Below, piece by piece: positions 1 through 13,293 of a stretch of DNA of 64,000 nt. Position numbers and translations under genes: made by a program. This stretch comes from Octopus vulgaris (Eukaryota): contig OX597820.1 of the NCBI GenBank assembly GCA_951406725.2, positions 102,424,001-102,488,000 of the forward strand, written 5' to 3'. The number at the start of each line of letters is the position of its first letter. Within the stretch, counting starts at the first letter, position 1. A model generated the notes under the pieces. That model did no database searches. It saw nothing but the letters and a program-made list of their open reading frames with translations, and was not told the DNA's origin.

Positions 1-1075
1 TCATATTGATTCTTCCGTTCCCTCTTTCTCCCTGTACTTTCTTCTCCATATGCTGTCTTTTACTATTTCCTCTCCTAACTTTATCGTCGTTCCTCTCCTT
101 CCTTACGCTTTTCCTTTCCTTATTTCTGGCGTCAATAAAATAAATATGGCCAATATCCAATAAACTGGATTTACGTGGTGACTAACGCTTCTGAAGAAGA
201 GGACAGTGTTCCACACTTTTAGCTGGCGATAAGAATCAGACGAAATCCACAAACATTGGCAAACACTTTGCTTGAAATCAATAATTACGACTTCAGTCGA
301 CCTATATTGGCAAGTTCTTGAAGAATTCCTAAACCCCAGGTGGCGCCTTGTCTTTAGATTAAATAGGATGAAATTGCGTACGTAGAACATCTTAATCCGT
401 TTTCAATGATATTTTTATACAGTTTATAGCATTAATTCTGGCTCCTTCATAATCGAAAAAGCATTTGGCTATTCAGAATCGAATTGCATCCAACATCTAT
501 AAGAAATTGTCTCTGTACATGTGGGAGGTGACAATAGTTATTGGTAAAGATCCAAGAATAATCTAAAAGAATTTTGTTTATTGATTTATTTATATATTTT
601 CTATATTATTTCAATCTTTTGATGGCGGTAGATAAGATAATCATTACTTATGTTGCTTTATGTTCTGAGTTCAAGTCCTGTACGAAGCTGATTTTGTATT
701 TTATATTCTTTCTACTATGGGTACAAGGCCTGGAATTTTGGAAGAGGGGGAAGATAGTCGATTACATCTGTCCCAGGGCTCAACTAACTGGTAGTTATTT
801 CATCGGCAACGAAAGGATGATAGGCAAAATTGACCTCGGTGGAGTTCGAACTAGGACGGAAGGCTGAAGGAAATTCCACAAAGTATCTTGTCGATCTCGG
901 CGGAATTGGAACTTGGACGGAAAGCTGGAGGAAATGCCACTTCAGTGTCTTGTCCAGTGCGCTAAAGATTCTGCTACTTACCGCCTTATATACTTTCCTT
1001 TTCATATGACAGTCAAAAAGGGAGAAAAAAAACTAGAACGAGAGAGAGAGAGAGAGTAAGAGAAAGAGAGAGAGG

Positions 1076-1116
<41 letters not shown>

Positions 1117-1232
1117 AGTTGGCTTTTGTCTTTTGAATACCCAGAAAGAAAAACATTTTTTCCACTCCAGACGGTAAGCGAGCTTATGACTATTCAATAA
1201 AAATTCCTGTTTCTAGAATTGAAGCTAATACC

Positions 1233-1356
1233 TATTTCTTTACTACCCACAAGGGGCTAAACACAGAGAGGACAAACAAGGACAGCACGTAACGGAAGAC
1301 GAAATACGGCTACGCATTTCGCCCGGCGTGCTAACGTTTCTGCCAGCTCGCCGCCT
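1233..1356 (-). mobile_element. tRNA-derived SINE family A, internally deleted copy
   Basis: Head (GGCGAGCTGGCAGAAACGTTAGCACGCCGGGCGAAATG) is joined directly to tail (TTTAGCCCCTTGTGGGTAGTAAAGAAATA). Both match the full copy at 10012-10244. Confidence 0.85.
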
Positions 1357-1559
1357 CTTGCTACCATCAAGTAAGTCGACTATAACTCCCACTCACTAAT
1401 CATTGTCCTTTGTGTCAAAGTTAGAAATAATTATTTGTATTTAATTTTGTTATCTATAAAATAGACAGCAGAAGAACACTGCGATACATTGTTTTGTATA
1501 CAACGATAGAATGGTCTGTGACAAAGTGTTTAACTGCAATACATTTGTGTGGAATGTGA

Positions 1560-1870
1560 CGTTATGCTGCGAGCCATTGATGCAGTCTCCTATCTCGTAC
1601 TCGACAGATGAGGCTTCCGCAATGTCTTACTGAACAACCTGCGCAAATGATATGCTTATGGTGATCAAATATTTGTGCTGTGCATTAGCTCATCCCTTTC
1701 GTCAAATCAATGATTACCTGTACAGGTGCACGGTGCGTCACACGTCAAAAGTTGAAGTGATAACGGAGCGGCGTGAAATGAGGTGTTTTGCTCAAGAACA
1801 CAAAATATCACTCGGTCCGGAATCGAAGCTCCGAACTTGCAAACGGGAGTGCAACGCCCTTACTGTTAGG
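1560..1870 (-). mobile_element. tRNA-derived SINE family C (diverged)
   Basis: B-box-like TTCGATTCC followed by GTGTTCTTGAGCAAAACAC on the minus strand. Related copies lie at about 13600-13830 and 18380-18610. Confidence 0.55.
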
Positions 1871-2250
1871 CTTGTTTATATAGTTTAATAGTTATATAGT
1901 TTTATTGACTCAATTTTTTAATAATTGTATTTTAAGTTAACTGTTACATAGCTAATGTTTTACTTATTTTTATACGTAAGTTAACCATATGAAGAAAATA
2001 AAAGTTATGTAAACTAACAAAACTGATATGTACTAAATATAAAAAAGAGAAAAGAACAGGAAAAATAAAACATCTTATTAAACCAATCGGAAAAAGTTAG
2101 CTAACTAAATTTTTAAGAATAAAGAAAACAGAAGAAAACTTAAGTTAAGAATTAAAAAAATGTTTTTCTGTTTGTCAGTTGACGAAGAGAACTACAAGTT
2201 ATAAGGTTTCTTGCTTCCTAAGACAAATTGAATTCCACCTGCCTAGAGAC

Positions 2251-2303
<53 letters not shown>

Positions 2304-3157
2304 ATTGCTGAAGCTTCTATCACTAATCAAGGAGAATGAGAATAAATTTCCTTAGCAAAGAAAACACATAAACAATGCTGAAAAGAATAATTAATAAATA
2401 CAAAAATGAAATAAAGATATGTAACAACATTTCTCCGGTATGGTGAAATCGATAGTTATAAATTGCCCGAATCTTTTCTTTAACAAAACAGAAAAAAAAT
2501 AATGAACCCCATAACAATAACAGTAACAAAAACAACAGCCACAGCAATATGTACAACAGTTGAAATAATATAGTGCCCATTCCCGTTGTGTGAACATATT
2601 CAGGTGTATGTGCGACACACACACACCACACGTACACACACACACCACGCACACACACATCACGCACACACACATACACAAACTAGTCTGTACTGCGTTG
2701 TTTTAAGACAGACGACACTAATTTACTCTCTCACCTGGTGTAGTTCATTGCACGGTCTTTAATTTTATTACGTTTTTCTCATTTCACACGATAAACTTTC
2801 AAGTGCAATTCAATGACGTCTTTTAGCATTTATCGCCGTGTTCGCCACCACCATACGCACAAACACTCTAGGCTTTATTAATTTAAGCATTCATTTATTT
2901 CCTTCGATAAACGAATTGATATTCGTCTGTCTCGTGAGGACACGGATCTACACATGGGAAGTCTTGCATTAGTCTGTCTTAGTAAAAGGGAAGTGAAGTG
3001 GCATTGGAAAAACCCTGCCCAGGGTGACTACCCCGGGAAAAGCTGAATGGAAGACCAGTAGTTATTCAACAAGTCTTCCTTTTTTTTAAGCCACTGATGC
3101 TGTCCAAAAGATGGACAAGGGTCAGTATCGCCGCAGGAGTTGCCAAAACGAAGAAAG

Positions 3158-3370
3158 TGGTGGCCAGCTGTTACGATCGTTAGCATGCTGGACAAAATGC
3201 TTGGAGATATTTCTTCTTGCTCTTCATGTTCTGAGTTCAAAACCGCCGAGGTCGACTTTGCCTGTCATCCTTACGAGTTCGATAAAATAATACAAATTGA
3301 ATACTGAGGTCGATGTAATTTACTTCCTACTTAACTAAAAACTGCTGGACTTGTATCAAAATTAGAAAGA
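3158..3370 (+). mobile_element. SINE family A variant copy
   Basis: GTTCTGAGTTCAAAACCGCCGAGGTCGACTTTGCC...CATCC...TCGATAAAATAA matches the family A core. Confidence 0.75.
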
Positions 3371-3524
3371 CATTATGAGCATATTTGTTACTTCAAGAGG
3401 ATGGATCATATCATTTCAAGCTTGGGAAAAGTTTCAATCATGCATTTCCACCTCTTCCAGTTCACATTATGAGTGTCCCAAAGCGATAAGGTAAATAAAT
3501 ACATCTTTTACATTTTTTCTTTTT

Positions 3525-3735
3525 TTTCCTTCACTTGTTTCAGTCATTTGACTACAGCCATGCTGGGGCACCACCTTTCAGGGATTTTATTCGAACAAAT
3601 CGACCCCAAGACGTATATTTTTCTAAAGCCTGGTACTTATTCTATCGGTCTCTTTTCCCGAACCGCTAAGTTACAAAGACATAAACACACCAACACCAGT
3701 TGGCAAGTGGTGGTGGAGGGCAAACACACAAACGT
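3525..3735 (-). mobile_element. SINE family B, 3' half, followed by (CA)n 3739-3838
   Basis: Reverse complement of CTTAGCGGTTCGG..AAAGAGACCGATAGAATAAGTACC..CCAGCATGGC..GTCAAATGACTGAAACAAG, shared with 41680-42043. Confidence 0.8.
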
Positions 3736-4095
<360 letters not shown>

Positions 4096-4104
4096 AAAAC
4101 ATAG

Positions 4105-4519
4105 CGCCATTAACCGTTGTTGTTTTTCTTGTTGCTGTAGTAACTGAATTTTGCAACTGAATTATAGAACCTAATAAGTCTTCCGTAATTAACAACTTTG
4201 TGTCACAAAAGTTTGTCAACTGACCTGCATGAGCTTCGAATCCTTGTCGCCAATTATTCTTGTATCGCCAATACTTGTTTACATTACAACTGTGTAGTAA
4301 CAATAAACATATGACGAAACTGGGTAACAACAACGTAACAATCTAACAAACTCTCCACGAACTATATACAAACCAAAAAACAATATTCCGATAAACTACC
4401 AAAACGACACCTTACGACTTCCTGCAAATAACACCTGCTTTGTCTCATCTCACTCAACCCACCACTATTTATAGTCGTTCGGTCAGTCTATTCTCGCAGG
4501 CGGTATCATGACTATCGTC

Positions 4520-4525
<6 letters not shown>
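4105..4525 (-). mobile_element. probable LTR of an LTR retrotransposon with PBS-like site
   Basis: Minus strand begins TGTTGTG, contains TATAAATA, and is followed by TGGCGCT (PBS-like) near 4103-4109. Confidence 0.45.
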
Positions 4526-4580
<55 letters not shown>

Positions 4581-4694
4581 CACACATACACACACGCGAG
4601 CGGTGGACACATGCATTAATTATATACATGCATTAATTATATACATGCATGTACATGTGTAAATATATGCATTAACATGTATATGTTCATATTC

Positions 4695-5250
4695 TTTTAT
4701 TCTTTTAATTATTTCAGTTATTTGACTGCGGCCATGCTGAATCACTGCCTTTTGTCGAGCAAATGGATCCAGGTCTTATACTTTGTACGCCTATTACTTA
4801 TTCTGCTAAGTTACGGAGACGTAAGCACACCAGCATCGGCTGTCAAGCGATGTTGGTGGGACAAACACAGACACACAAACATATACACACACATGCATAA
4901 TACATATACATATACATACATACATATAAGAAGAATCATGCTTTTATTTATTTAAGAAATATTGTTAATTTCTATTTGATTATTTATTTAAATATTATTC
5001 TTATTATTGTTGACCTGAGGAGTGACTATACTTTTAAATTGAATTGGTTTTCGATTAAATTTAAATTTAATTGTAATTCGAATTGAAGTTATAGCCACGA
5101 AACGTACGTAGTCTTTTTACTTATATATTGTTTATTCATTTTCGTGCTTTTTGTGACCTAGTTATATATTATAAAATATATTTTATTTTTTCCTTATGAT
5201 ATGGTTTATGTCTATCCTTGTTTGAATAACATAATAGTGTTTTTTCTCTA

Positions 5251-5317
<67 letters not shown>

Positions 5318-5480
5318 CGTCGGGCTTCTTTCAGTTTCTGTCTACCAGATCCACTCAGAAGGCTTTGGTCGGCCCGAGGCTATAGTAGAAGGTACCTGCC
5401 CAAGGGGCCACGCAGTGGGACTGAACCCGGATGCATGTGGTTAGTAAGCAAGATACTTACCACACAGCTACTCCTGCGCT
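4695..5480 (-). mobile_element. SINE family B split by a ribozyme-bearing insertion in its internal microsatellite
   Basis: 3' half at about 4695-4880 and 5' half at about 5318-5480 are collinear with intact copies. The intervening ~4925-5255 is unrelated and carries the hammerhead. Confidence 0.75.
5012..5113 (+). ncRNA. type I hammerhead ribozyme, canonical core, 77-nt stem II
   Basis: GAC-CTGAGGA-[GTGACTATA...TATAGCCAC]-GAAA-C-GTAC-G-TA-GTC. Stem I is GAC/GTC, stem II closes G-C, stem III ACGTACGT is palindromic, and the cleavage triplet is GUA. Confidence 0.85.
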
Positions 5481-5484
5481 TGTG

Positions 5485-5965
5485 TATCTTTTACGTCTTT
5501 CAGTTATTAGGCTGCGGTCATGCTAGTGCACCGTCTTGTAGAATTTTTAGTCGAGTGAATGGACCCCAGGAATCATTTTTATTAAGTCTGGTACTTATTC
5601 TATCGGTTTCTTTTGCCGAACCTCTAGATTTCAGGAATATAAATAAATTCATGAACATCGGTTGTCAAGCGGTACAGGGAGACAAACACAGGCACACAAA
5701 CACACACACACACACACACATACATATATACACACACACACACATACATATATACACACACACACACATACATACATATATACATACATACATACACATG
5801 TATTTGTACGACAGGCTTCTTTCAGTTTCCGTCTACCAAATCTATTCACAAGAATTTGGTCGGCCCGAGACTATAGTAGAAGACATTTACCCGGTGCCAC
5901 GCAGTGGATCTGAACTCCGAACCATCTGATTGGGAAGCAAGCTTCTTACCACACAACCACGCCTG
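5485..5965 (-). mobile_element. SINE family B full copy with internal CA/TA microsatellite
   Basis: Minus-strand head CAGGCGTGGTTGTGTGGTAAGAAGCTTGCT, then TTTGGTAGACGGAAACTGAAAGAAGCC, microsatellite and 3' tail. Confidence 0.85.
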
Positions 5966-6137
5966 TATATGTATGTGTGTGTGTATGTGTATGTGTGCTT
6001 ATTATACATACATGCGTGCATACACATAAATATATGTGTCTATGTGTGTATATGCATGCAATGAACACTTTGCGTGTCAGTAAACAGAGGTACAAAAATA
6101 AACAAACAAACAAAAACAGAGGAAACGTATCTACTTG

Positions 6138-6318
6138 ACGGTTGTTGCCTTATTGCTACCTGACATTGGTCTAATATACTTCTACTAGGATAGCGGGAAT
6201 AGTTATTTAGCCTATCACGTTGACTGATACCTGTTAGGTACAACAGTTTGTTTTGAAAGAACTCGCTACAGCTACCTGTAAACGCCGAATGGATTATGTT
6301 ATAGCTGATTGTTAACAT
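6138..6318. repeat. ~180-bp near-identical direct repeat, copy 1 (copy 2 at 7189-7370)
   Basis: GACGGTTGTTGCCTTATTG...GCTGATTGTTAACAT occurs twice. I see only two substitutions. Confidence 0.9.
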
Positions 6319-6476
6319 TATTATATGGAAATGACAAAACTGGGTTATTTTTGTGTTCCTTCCGCTCTATATATATTGGTTTAAAATTTTGGCACAAGGC
6401 AAGCGATTTCGGGGCGGGGGTAAGTCGATTACATCAGCAGCATTTGAACTAAGAATGTAAGACAGATGAAATACCT

Positions 6477-6707
6477 ATTTCTTTACTACCCACAAGGGGC
6501 TACACACAGAGGGGACAAACAAGGACAGACAAACGGATTAAGTCGATTACATAGACCCCAGTGTGTAACTGGTACTTAATTTATCGACCCGGAAAGTATG
6601 AAAGGCTAAGTATACCTTGGAGGAATTTGAACTTAGAACGTAAGGATGGATGAAAATCTGCTAAGCATTTCGCCTGACGTGCTAACGATCCTGCCAGCTC
6701 ACCGCCT
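6477..6707 (-). mobile_element. SINE family A full copy, inserted into or joined to another family A remnant (6380-6475)
   Basis: Matches the reverse complement of 10012-10244 along its length. Confidence 0.85.
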
Positions 6708-7188
6708 TTCTTCCGCCATACGTATGAGCGTAACTCACATCAGCTTTCGATTTAAAATTAATACCTAGTTATAAATTACTTCTTAATTAATATCATTAGA
6801 AATTAGTATCATTTTAATTATCCTCATTGAGGTTTTAATCAGAATGCAATTTCGAGGAAAAATAAACCAACGGTCAGTTGTATTTGTTGTTTAACCCTCG
6901 GCCAGTTCAGAGTAGAAGTAAAGAAAGCATTTTTTCCTTTTTGCTGCCAAGGAAATTTCAACAGTGAACATCTCTATTTTGCCCGTGTTGGACAAAATGG
7001 CTAACAGCTTTTATTACAGTTCAAATGCCGCCGAGCACAACTTTGCCTTTTATCATTTCGGGGTTGATAAAATAAGTACCAGTTGAGTAGTCCCCTTAAA
7101 ATTGCTAGTCTTGTGCCGAAAATTAGAAAGAAAAATATTAATTTTAGAATCGGTACTACGATTAGAATGTCGCAGGAAAGAATCGCAA

Positions 7189-7370
7189 GACGGTTGTTGC
7201 CTTATTGTTACCTGACATTGGTCTAATACACTTCTACTAGGATAGCGGGAATAGTTATTTAGCCTATCACGTTGACTGATACCTGTTAGGTACAACAGTT
7301 TGTTTTGAAAGAACTCGCTACAGCTACCTGTAAACGCCGAATGGATTATGTTATAGCTGATTGTTAACAT
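7189..7370. repeat. ~180-bp near-identical direct repeat, copy 2
   Basis: Duplicate of 6138-6318. Confidence 0.9.
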
Positions 7371-7448
7371 GTCAACATGTTCAAGCTCAGTCAACTAGCA
7401 GCAGATATTGGTTTAGGCCAAAAGACGAGATGATTGGATAACATACAT

Positions 7449-7615
7449 AGGCACAGGTGTGACTGCGTGGTAAGAATCTTGCTTCCCATTCGCACAGTTC
7501 CAGGTTCAGTCCCACTGCGTGGCGCCTAGGGAAAGTATCTTCTTATATAACCTTGGGCCGACCAAAGTTTTGTGAGTGGATTTGGTAGACGGAAAATGAA
7601 AGAAACCAGTCGTAG

Positions 7616-7672
<57 letters not shown>

Positions 7673-7727
7673 GATCTATCTGTCTGTCTGTCTGTCTGTC
7701 TGCCTGCCTGTCTGCCTGCCTGTCTGC

Positions 7728-7808
<81 letters not shown>

Positions 7809-7839
7809 CATCTATCTATCTATCTATCTATCTACCTAC

Positions 7840-7925
<86 letters not shown>

Positions 7926-8125
7926 GTCTATCTACACCTGTGTGTGTGTCTTTGTGTCTGTGTTTGCCCTCCCATCATCGCTTGATAACCGGTTCAACTA
8001 AAGACCCGATAAAAAAAAGTACTAAGCTTAAAAAATAAGTTTTGAGGTCGATTTGTTCGGCTAAAACTCATCAAGATGGTACTCCAGCATGACCGCAGCC
8101 AAATGACTGAAACAATTAAAAGAAA
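7449..8125 (+). mobile_element. SINE family B with expanded internal (TATC)n/(TGTC)n tract (~7616-7933)
   Basis: Head AGGCACAGGTGTGACTGCGTGGTAAG, B-box GGTTCAGTCCC, GTGAGTGGATTTGGTAGACGGAAA, tail CTCCAGCATGACCGCAGCCAAATGACTGAAAC. Confidence 0.85.
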
Positions 8126-8708
8126 GACTAAAAGAAATAGCTTCAGTTGATTACGCTTTGGAATCCATCTGGCAAGTTCAACGACTGTTGAAAAATTGTG
8201 TTACATGAAATCAGTCCTTGGTTCAAAAACGGTTGGGGATCGCTGGGTACAGCGTGTCAGAATATCCACCTCCAACAATATGAACGTTTTGTAAGGATAG
8301 GAGGACACTGAATTAATGTTAAGTCTCAGAAAACTTCAGATTCCCAAGCATTGTACACAGTATCGCAAGCAGACCTAATACACATTAATTTGATTGTCCC
8401 TTCACTATTCCTTCTGATCCGTCTATCGTTTGTTGTTTTCAGATAGATAGAAATATAGAGTGGTGAGTTAGAGAGTTAAGTGTGTTGGTCACAAACGAAC
8501 ACAACACAAATATAGATTGAACGCTGTGAATACGAATTAACCATTAATTCACACACGAGAGTATAAAACTCACATGTTATGAAGATCAACAGTAAAAGAT
8601 AACTAGCCCGAAAAACATTTATTAGCTTATTTTCCCTTCATATGCATGTATGTATGCATGTATGTATGTATGCATGTATATATGTATATGTATATATGTC
8701 TAGGTATA

Positions 8709-8760
<52 letters not shown>

Positions 8761-8762
<2 letters not shown>

Positions 8763-8876
8763 ATAAATAGTAAGACAACAAAAGAAAGAAAGAGACCTCG
8801 ATATTATGTAAATAGAGGAATTTATCTGTAAAACTCGGAGTTTTATCATGGCTACAGAATAATTGTCACATATTAC

Positions 8877-8880
<4 letters not shown>
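8761..8880. mobile_element. Penelope-like terminal fragment next to (TA)n, related to 34980-35065
   Basis: AAAGAAAGAAAGAGACCTC(G/A)ATATTATGTAAATAGAGGAA occurs at both loci directly after (TA)n. The PLE assignment is an inference. Confidence 0.45.
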
Positions 8881-8915
<35 letters not shown>

Positions 8916-9095
8916 ATATATATATATATATATATATGTATTACATAAATTTATGCGGGCATATCTATAGAAACATGCACACATAAACACACACGTATAT
9001 ACACGCACATACACACACACGTACATATATATGTAGTATATACATGTATATAGATATGTATATATATACGTATACATATACATATACATATGTAC

Positions 9096-9145
<50 letters not shown>

Positions 9146-10011
9146 GTATATATGTATATGTATGTATATATGGATAATAATATATGCATATATATATATA
9201 TGTACAATATATATTTGTGTCTGTATGTGCGCATGCGCACGCATCTCTGCGTGTGTGTGTGTTTGTGTAGGCCTTCATTTGTTTTTCCATTATTTCGATC
9301 TAAGAAATCTGTCATCGTTCAATTCGTTAAATAACTTCGTTTCATAAAAAAAAAAATTTTTTTCGCTATCTCATTAGTAGTCAAGTCCCGTATGAAAAGT
9401 CAGTTACATTTTTATGTACTAATAAAATGTCACGTAGTTTTTCCTTTTCAAACAGGCATTTATCTTAATTCACTTTGAAAATCTTGTCAGCTCTCAATGA
9501 CAAAACACTTCTATTTATTATGGTAAAATTATTATAGCGACATTGCCAATGTTAATATATTTTTCACACTGTGGAAAGCACCTTGCGATGAATGTTAAAA
9601 AAGAAAAAAAAAAAACTAAAAACGACAACTTCTGAGCGGTTGAATATTACAACAGACTTTCGTTTCGCTGTTCCATTCCAGTTAATTTCATTGGCGTCAA
9701 TAATTACTTGGGTAAAAGAATGAGCGCCGTGTCATTCTATCTCTTTCTTCCTTTGACATCCTTGGGTCTTGTCAAAAAGGCAGAAATCCAAAACAATTCT
9801 CGTTTATAACTATGTTTTCAATTGTCAGAAAAAGGCATACATGTAATATGATTTCAGCTCCGGGTAAGTTTTACAAGAACGAGTTTGTGTTACACAGACA
9901 GGCAGGCAGAAGGCAGACAGACAGACAGGCAGACACCCCCCCACACCCACACCCACACACACACACAATATTATTACAAGAAGAATGATGACAGGGTGAC
10001 AGTTACTGCGA

Positions 10012-10244
10012 AGGTGGCGAACTGGCAGCAAACGTTAGCACGCTGGGTGAAATGCTTAGCGATATTTCGTCTGTCTTTACGTTCTGAGTTCAAATTATGC
10101 CGAGGTCGACTTTGCCTTTCTTCCTTTCGGGGTCGATGAATTAAGTACCAGTTACGCACTGGGGTCGATGTAATCGACTTAATCCGTTTGTCTGTCCTTG
10201 TTTGTCCCCTCGCTGTTTAGCCCCTTGTGGGCATTAAAGAAATA
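10012..10244 (+). mobile_element. tRNA-derived SINE family A, full length, Meta-like core, with imperfect TSD
   Basis: A/B-box-like head with GAGTTCAAATT and core GCCTTTCTTCCTTTCGGGGTCGATGAATTAAGTACCAG, which resembles the MetaSINE domain. Flanked by AGTTACTGCGAAGG / AGTAACTTCGAAGG. Confidence 0.9.
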
Positions 10245-10259
10245 AGTAACTTCGAAGGC

Positions 10260-10683
10260 ATACATAACACAGGCATAAGACTAATACTCAGACAGGCTCA
10301 GGGCAGACCTTGAAGAGAGAGTGGAAATCGCTGAAGAGATCACGCTTAGCGATGTATGAACTTTGACTAACAAACAACCGATTCATGATTTAATCAGCAA
10401 ATTAGACAAATCATCGATCAGTTTGTTGGTTAGATATTTAATCGATTGACTAATATAGAGAAGTGATATTGAACCAAACCGTGTGTTATTATTGGTATAA
10501 TGACTCTCCTAAGACATAAGATTTCTTTCAAAGCACAAAATCACATCAAGAATCTTGCAAAGCAAATATAACAACGATATACATACATACATACGTACAC
10601 ATGCACACACACGCACACGCACGCACACATGCACACATATAAATACATGTGTATACATATGTATATTATATATTTATATATAT

Positions 10684-10726
<43 letters not shown>

Positions 10727-12518
10727 ATTCAAATTTACAGAAAACCAAATTTACAGAAAACAAAAGACTTTACTACATACACCGGAGTAGTCAACCGTAG
10801 GTATGAAAACTTTAAACTTTCAGGAACTCACTCAGGATATGTTTAAACCGCTTGTCTTCGTGTAAGATAGAGAAATTCGGGCAAGGATTCTCTCAAAAAT
10901 GGAGCAAGCGAACCAAGTCTTAACCCTATAGACCATTGCAGAAGAATGTCAAACAATGGTAAACCTGAAACACGACGTGAAAAAAATGCAAGAGAAAGAT
11001 TCCAGAAAAATACAGATGTGTCAACTCGGAAAGTACAACAAAAAAAGAGTGCCAGCCCCCAATCAATGTTACAAATGTGGAAGCCTACACTCCAGGAAAG
11101 AGTGTCATTTTAAAAACCGAAAATGCTATAGTTGTCAGAAACTTGATCACAAGAGCTCACACTTCAGGACAAGATTACGAGGGTCGAACGCAAAAAGTTC
11201 TAAGGTGTTTTCAGCAGAAAGTGAATGCGACACAAAAACAAGAAAATTCGTACACGTAAAAATAAATGATGTAAATATTAAACTACAGTTGGATACGGGT
11301 AGTGATATTTAAATCATAAATGCGGATACGTGGAGAAAAATCTGGAAACCGAAGTTACGTAAAACAGCGAAAATTGCGCGTGGTGTGACGGGCGATAAAT
11401 TACATTTCATGCGCGAAATGTGTACAGACGTCACATTTTGAAGAGAAACACGTGAAGCAAAAACATTTATTGTGGAGAATAGAATCAATCTGATTGGTAC
11501 AGATAGGTTGGAATTATTTGACTTAAGGCACCTTCCTATAAGTATCTACTACAGAAACATAAATGGCTGTCTCATTAAAAATAAAATCGTCTGAGGAATT
11601 GAAGAGAAAATTGAAAAAGATGTTTCCTCAAGTACTATCGGAGGACTTAGGTCTGTTAAAGACTGAAGCCTGCTTTCAAGTAAGTGAAAACGCCGTGCCT
11701 GTATTTCAATATAACAGAAAGATACCGTTCGCGGCAATTGAAATCATAAATGGGCAGACTGGAAAAGAGTGAAATCATCAAAAAGGTGGATTACTCTAAG
11801 TGGGCGGTGCCCATGGTGTGCATTAAAAAGAAAAATAATAAGATTAGGCTGCGAGCCGATTTCTCTACAGGATTGAACAAGTGCTTAAAGACATGCTACC
11901 ATCCACTCCAGACTCCAAAGGACATTTTTACAAAATTAAATGGTGAAACAATTTTCTCCAAATTGGATCTGTCTGACACTTATTTACAGATTAAAGTAAA
12001 TGACAAATGCTCAAAGTATCTGACAATTAATAAACATACAGGATTGTACAGCTATAACTGGTTACCTTTTGGATTAAAGGTTGCACCGGTAATATTTCAT
12101 CAAACCATGGACACTATGTTACATGATTGTGAATTTGCAATCCCTTATTTGGACGATATATTGATTAAAAGTAATTCGGTGAACAATATGTGGAGCATAT
12201 AAAAGCTGTGTTCAAGAAAATTAAAGAGTACGGATTCACTTTGAGTGAAGAAAAATGCAAATTCATTTTGCCTCAAATTAAGTACTTAGGGCAAATAATT
12301 GACGCAATAAAGAATATGCCTGCTCCGACACATGTACCAACATTACAAGAATTTCTTGGGCTGGCAAACTACTACCAAAACTACATTCCTAACATGCACA
12401 AATTAAGAGCTCCATTGAATGACTTATTAAAAAAGGAAGTAAAGTGGAATTGGTAAGTTAAATGCCAAAACGCGTTTGAGGAAATAGAAAAAATTCTATT
12501 CGCAGATTTGCTCCTGAA
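10260..12518 (+). mobile_element. decayed Ty3/Gypsy retrotransposon (gag zinc knuckles, protease, RT, RNase H-linker fragments)
   Basis: CYKCGSLH..C and CYSCQKLDH knuckles, LDTGSD protease motif, FSKLDLSDTYLQI, LPFGLKVAP, YLDDILI and FLGLANYY. Multiple stops and frameshifts; interrupted by a microsatellite at about 10580-10725. Confidence 0.93.
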
Positions 12519-12534
12519 CCAGTTATTGAGTGTC

Positions 12535-12580
12535 CCACCCATGAGGAATCGATGCTAGATGTGTCGAAATAATTGTCATG
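12535..12580 (+). ncRNA. degenerate hammerhead-like motif (related copy at 63377-63419, minus strand)
   Basis: ATGAGGA-ATCGATGCTAGATGTGTC-GAAAT-AATT-GTC. The second copy reads CAC-AAGAGGA-same-GAAAC-AATT-GTT-GTG. The 5' core is non-canonical in both. Confidence 0.45.
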
Positions 12581-12756
12581 ATTGATGATAAATTCTCGTA
12601 TATTCCATCTTCCGTCTATCATTTGCCACACACACACGTGCGCGCATGCACACACATTTATACACATGTGTGCGTGCATGCGTGTATGTATGTGTGTGTA
12701 TATGTATATATACACATATTTGTATATATATATATATATACATGCGATAACAAGGT

Positions 12757-12978
12757 ATAGCATTAGCAAGTTGGACAAAATGCTTAGTTGCATTTCTTGA
12801 AGATCTTCATGTTCTGAATTGTAAGTCCGCTGAAGTTATCTTTGCTTTTCATCCATGGCAAGGGTTGGGGGTGATGGGTCGATAAAATAAACTACCAGTT
12901 GAATACTGGGTTTGCTGTAATCGACTGATCCGCTCTTCCTGTGATTGCTGGCCTTGTACCCAAATTTCAAGCAATTAT
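12757..12978 (+). mobile_element. diverged SINE family A variant
   Basis: AAAATGCTTAG..GTTCTGAATT..CTTTGCTTTTCATCC..GGGTCGATAAAATAA..GCTGGCCTTGTACC. Confidence 0.7.
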
Positions 12979-13293
12979 TATGTCATTTTCAGATGAGATG
13001 AACATTCATTCTTAGTAATATTTCTTTATTGAATATGTTAGTTAGCGTTTACTTTCATCATCGTTTTGTTATGATTTCTATGTGTGGCTATCCGATCTTT
13101 TTGCCGTGTACGTTCTATTCAAATATTTAAATACGTAAAACATAGCCTACAATCAAAAGTGCATCGACGTCTGATACACAGAAGCTTGTCATTTATTCTA
13201 CGTAATTTTCAGTAATTTTCAAAACAATAACGTTATAAAAGCAATACAACATTTCCCTATCGTTTCATAAACATTAGCTTGTTTTTTCCCCAG

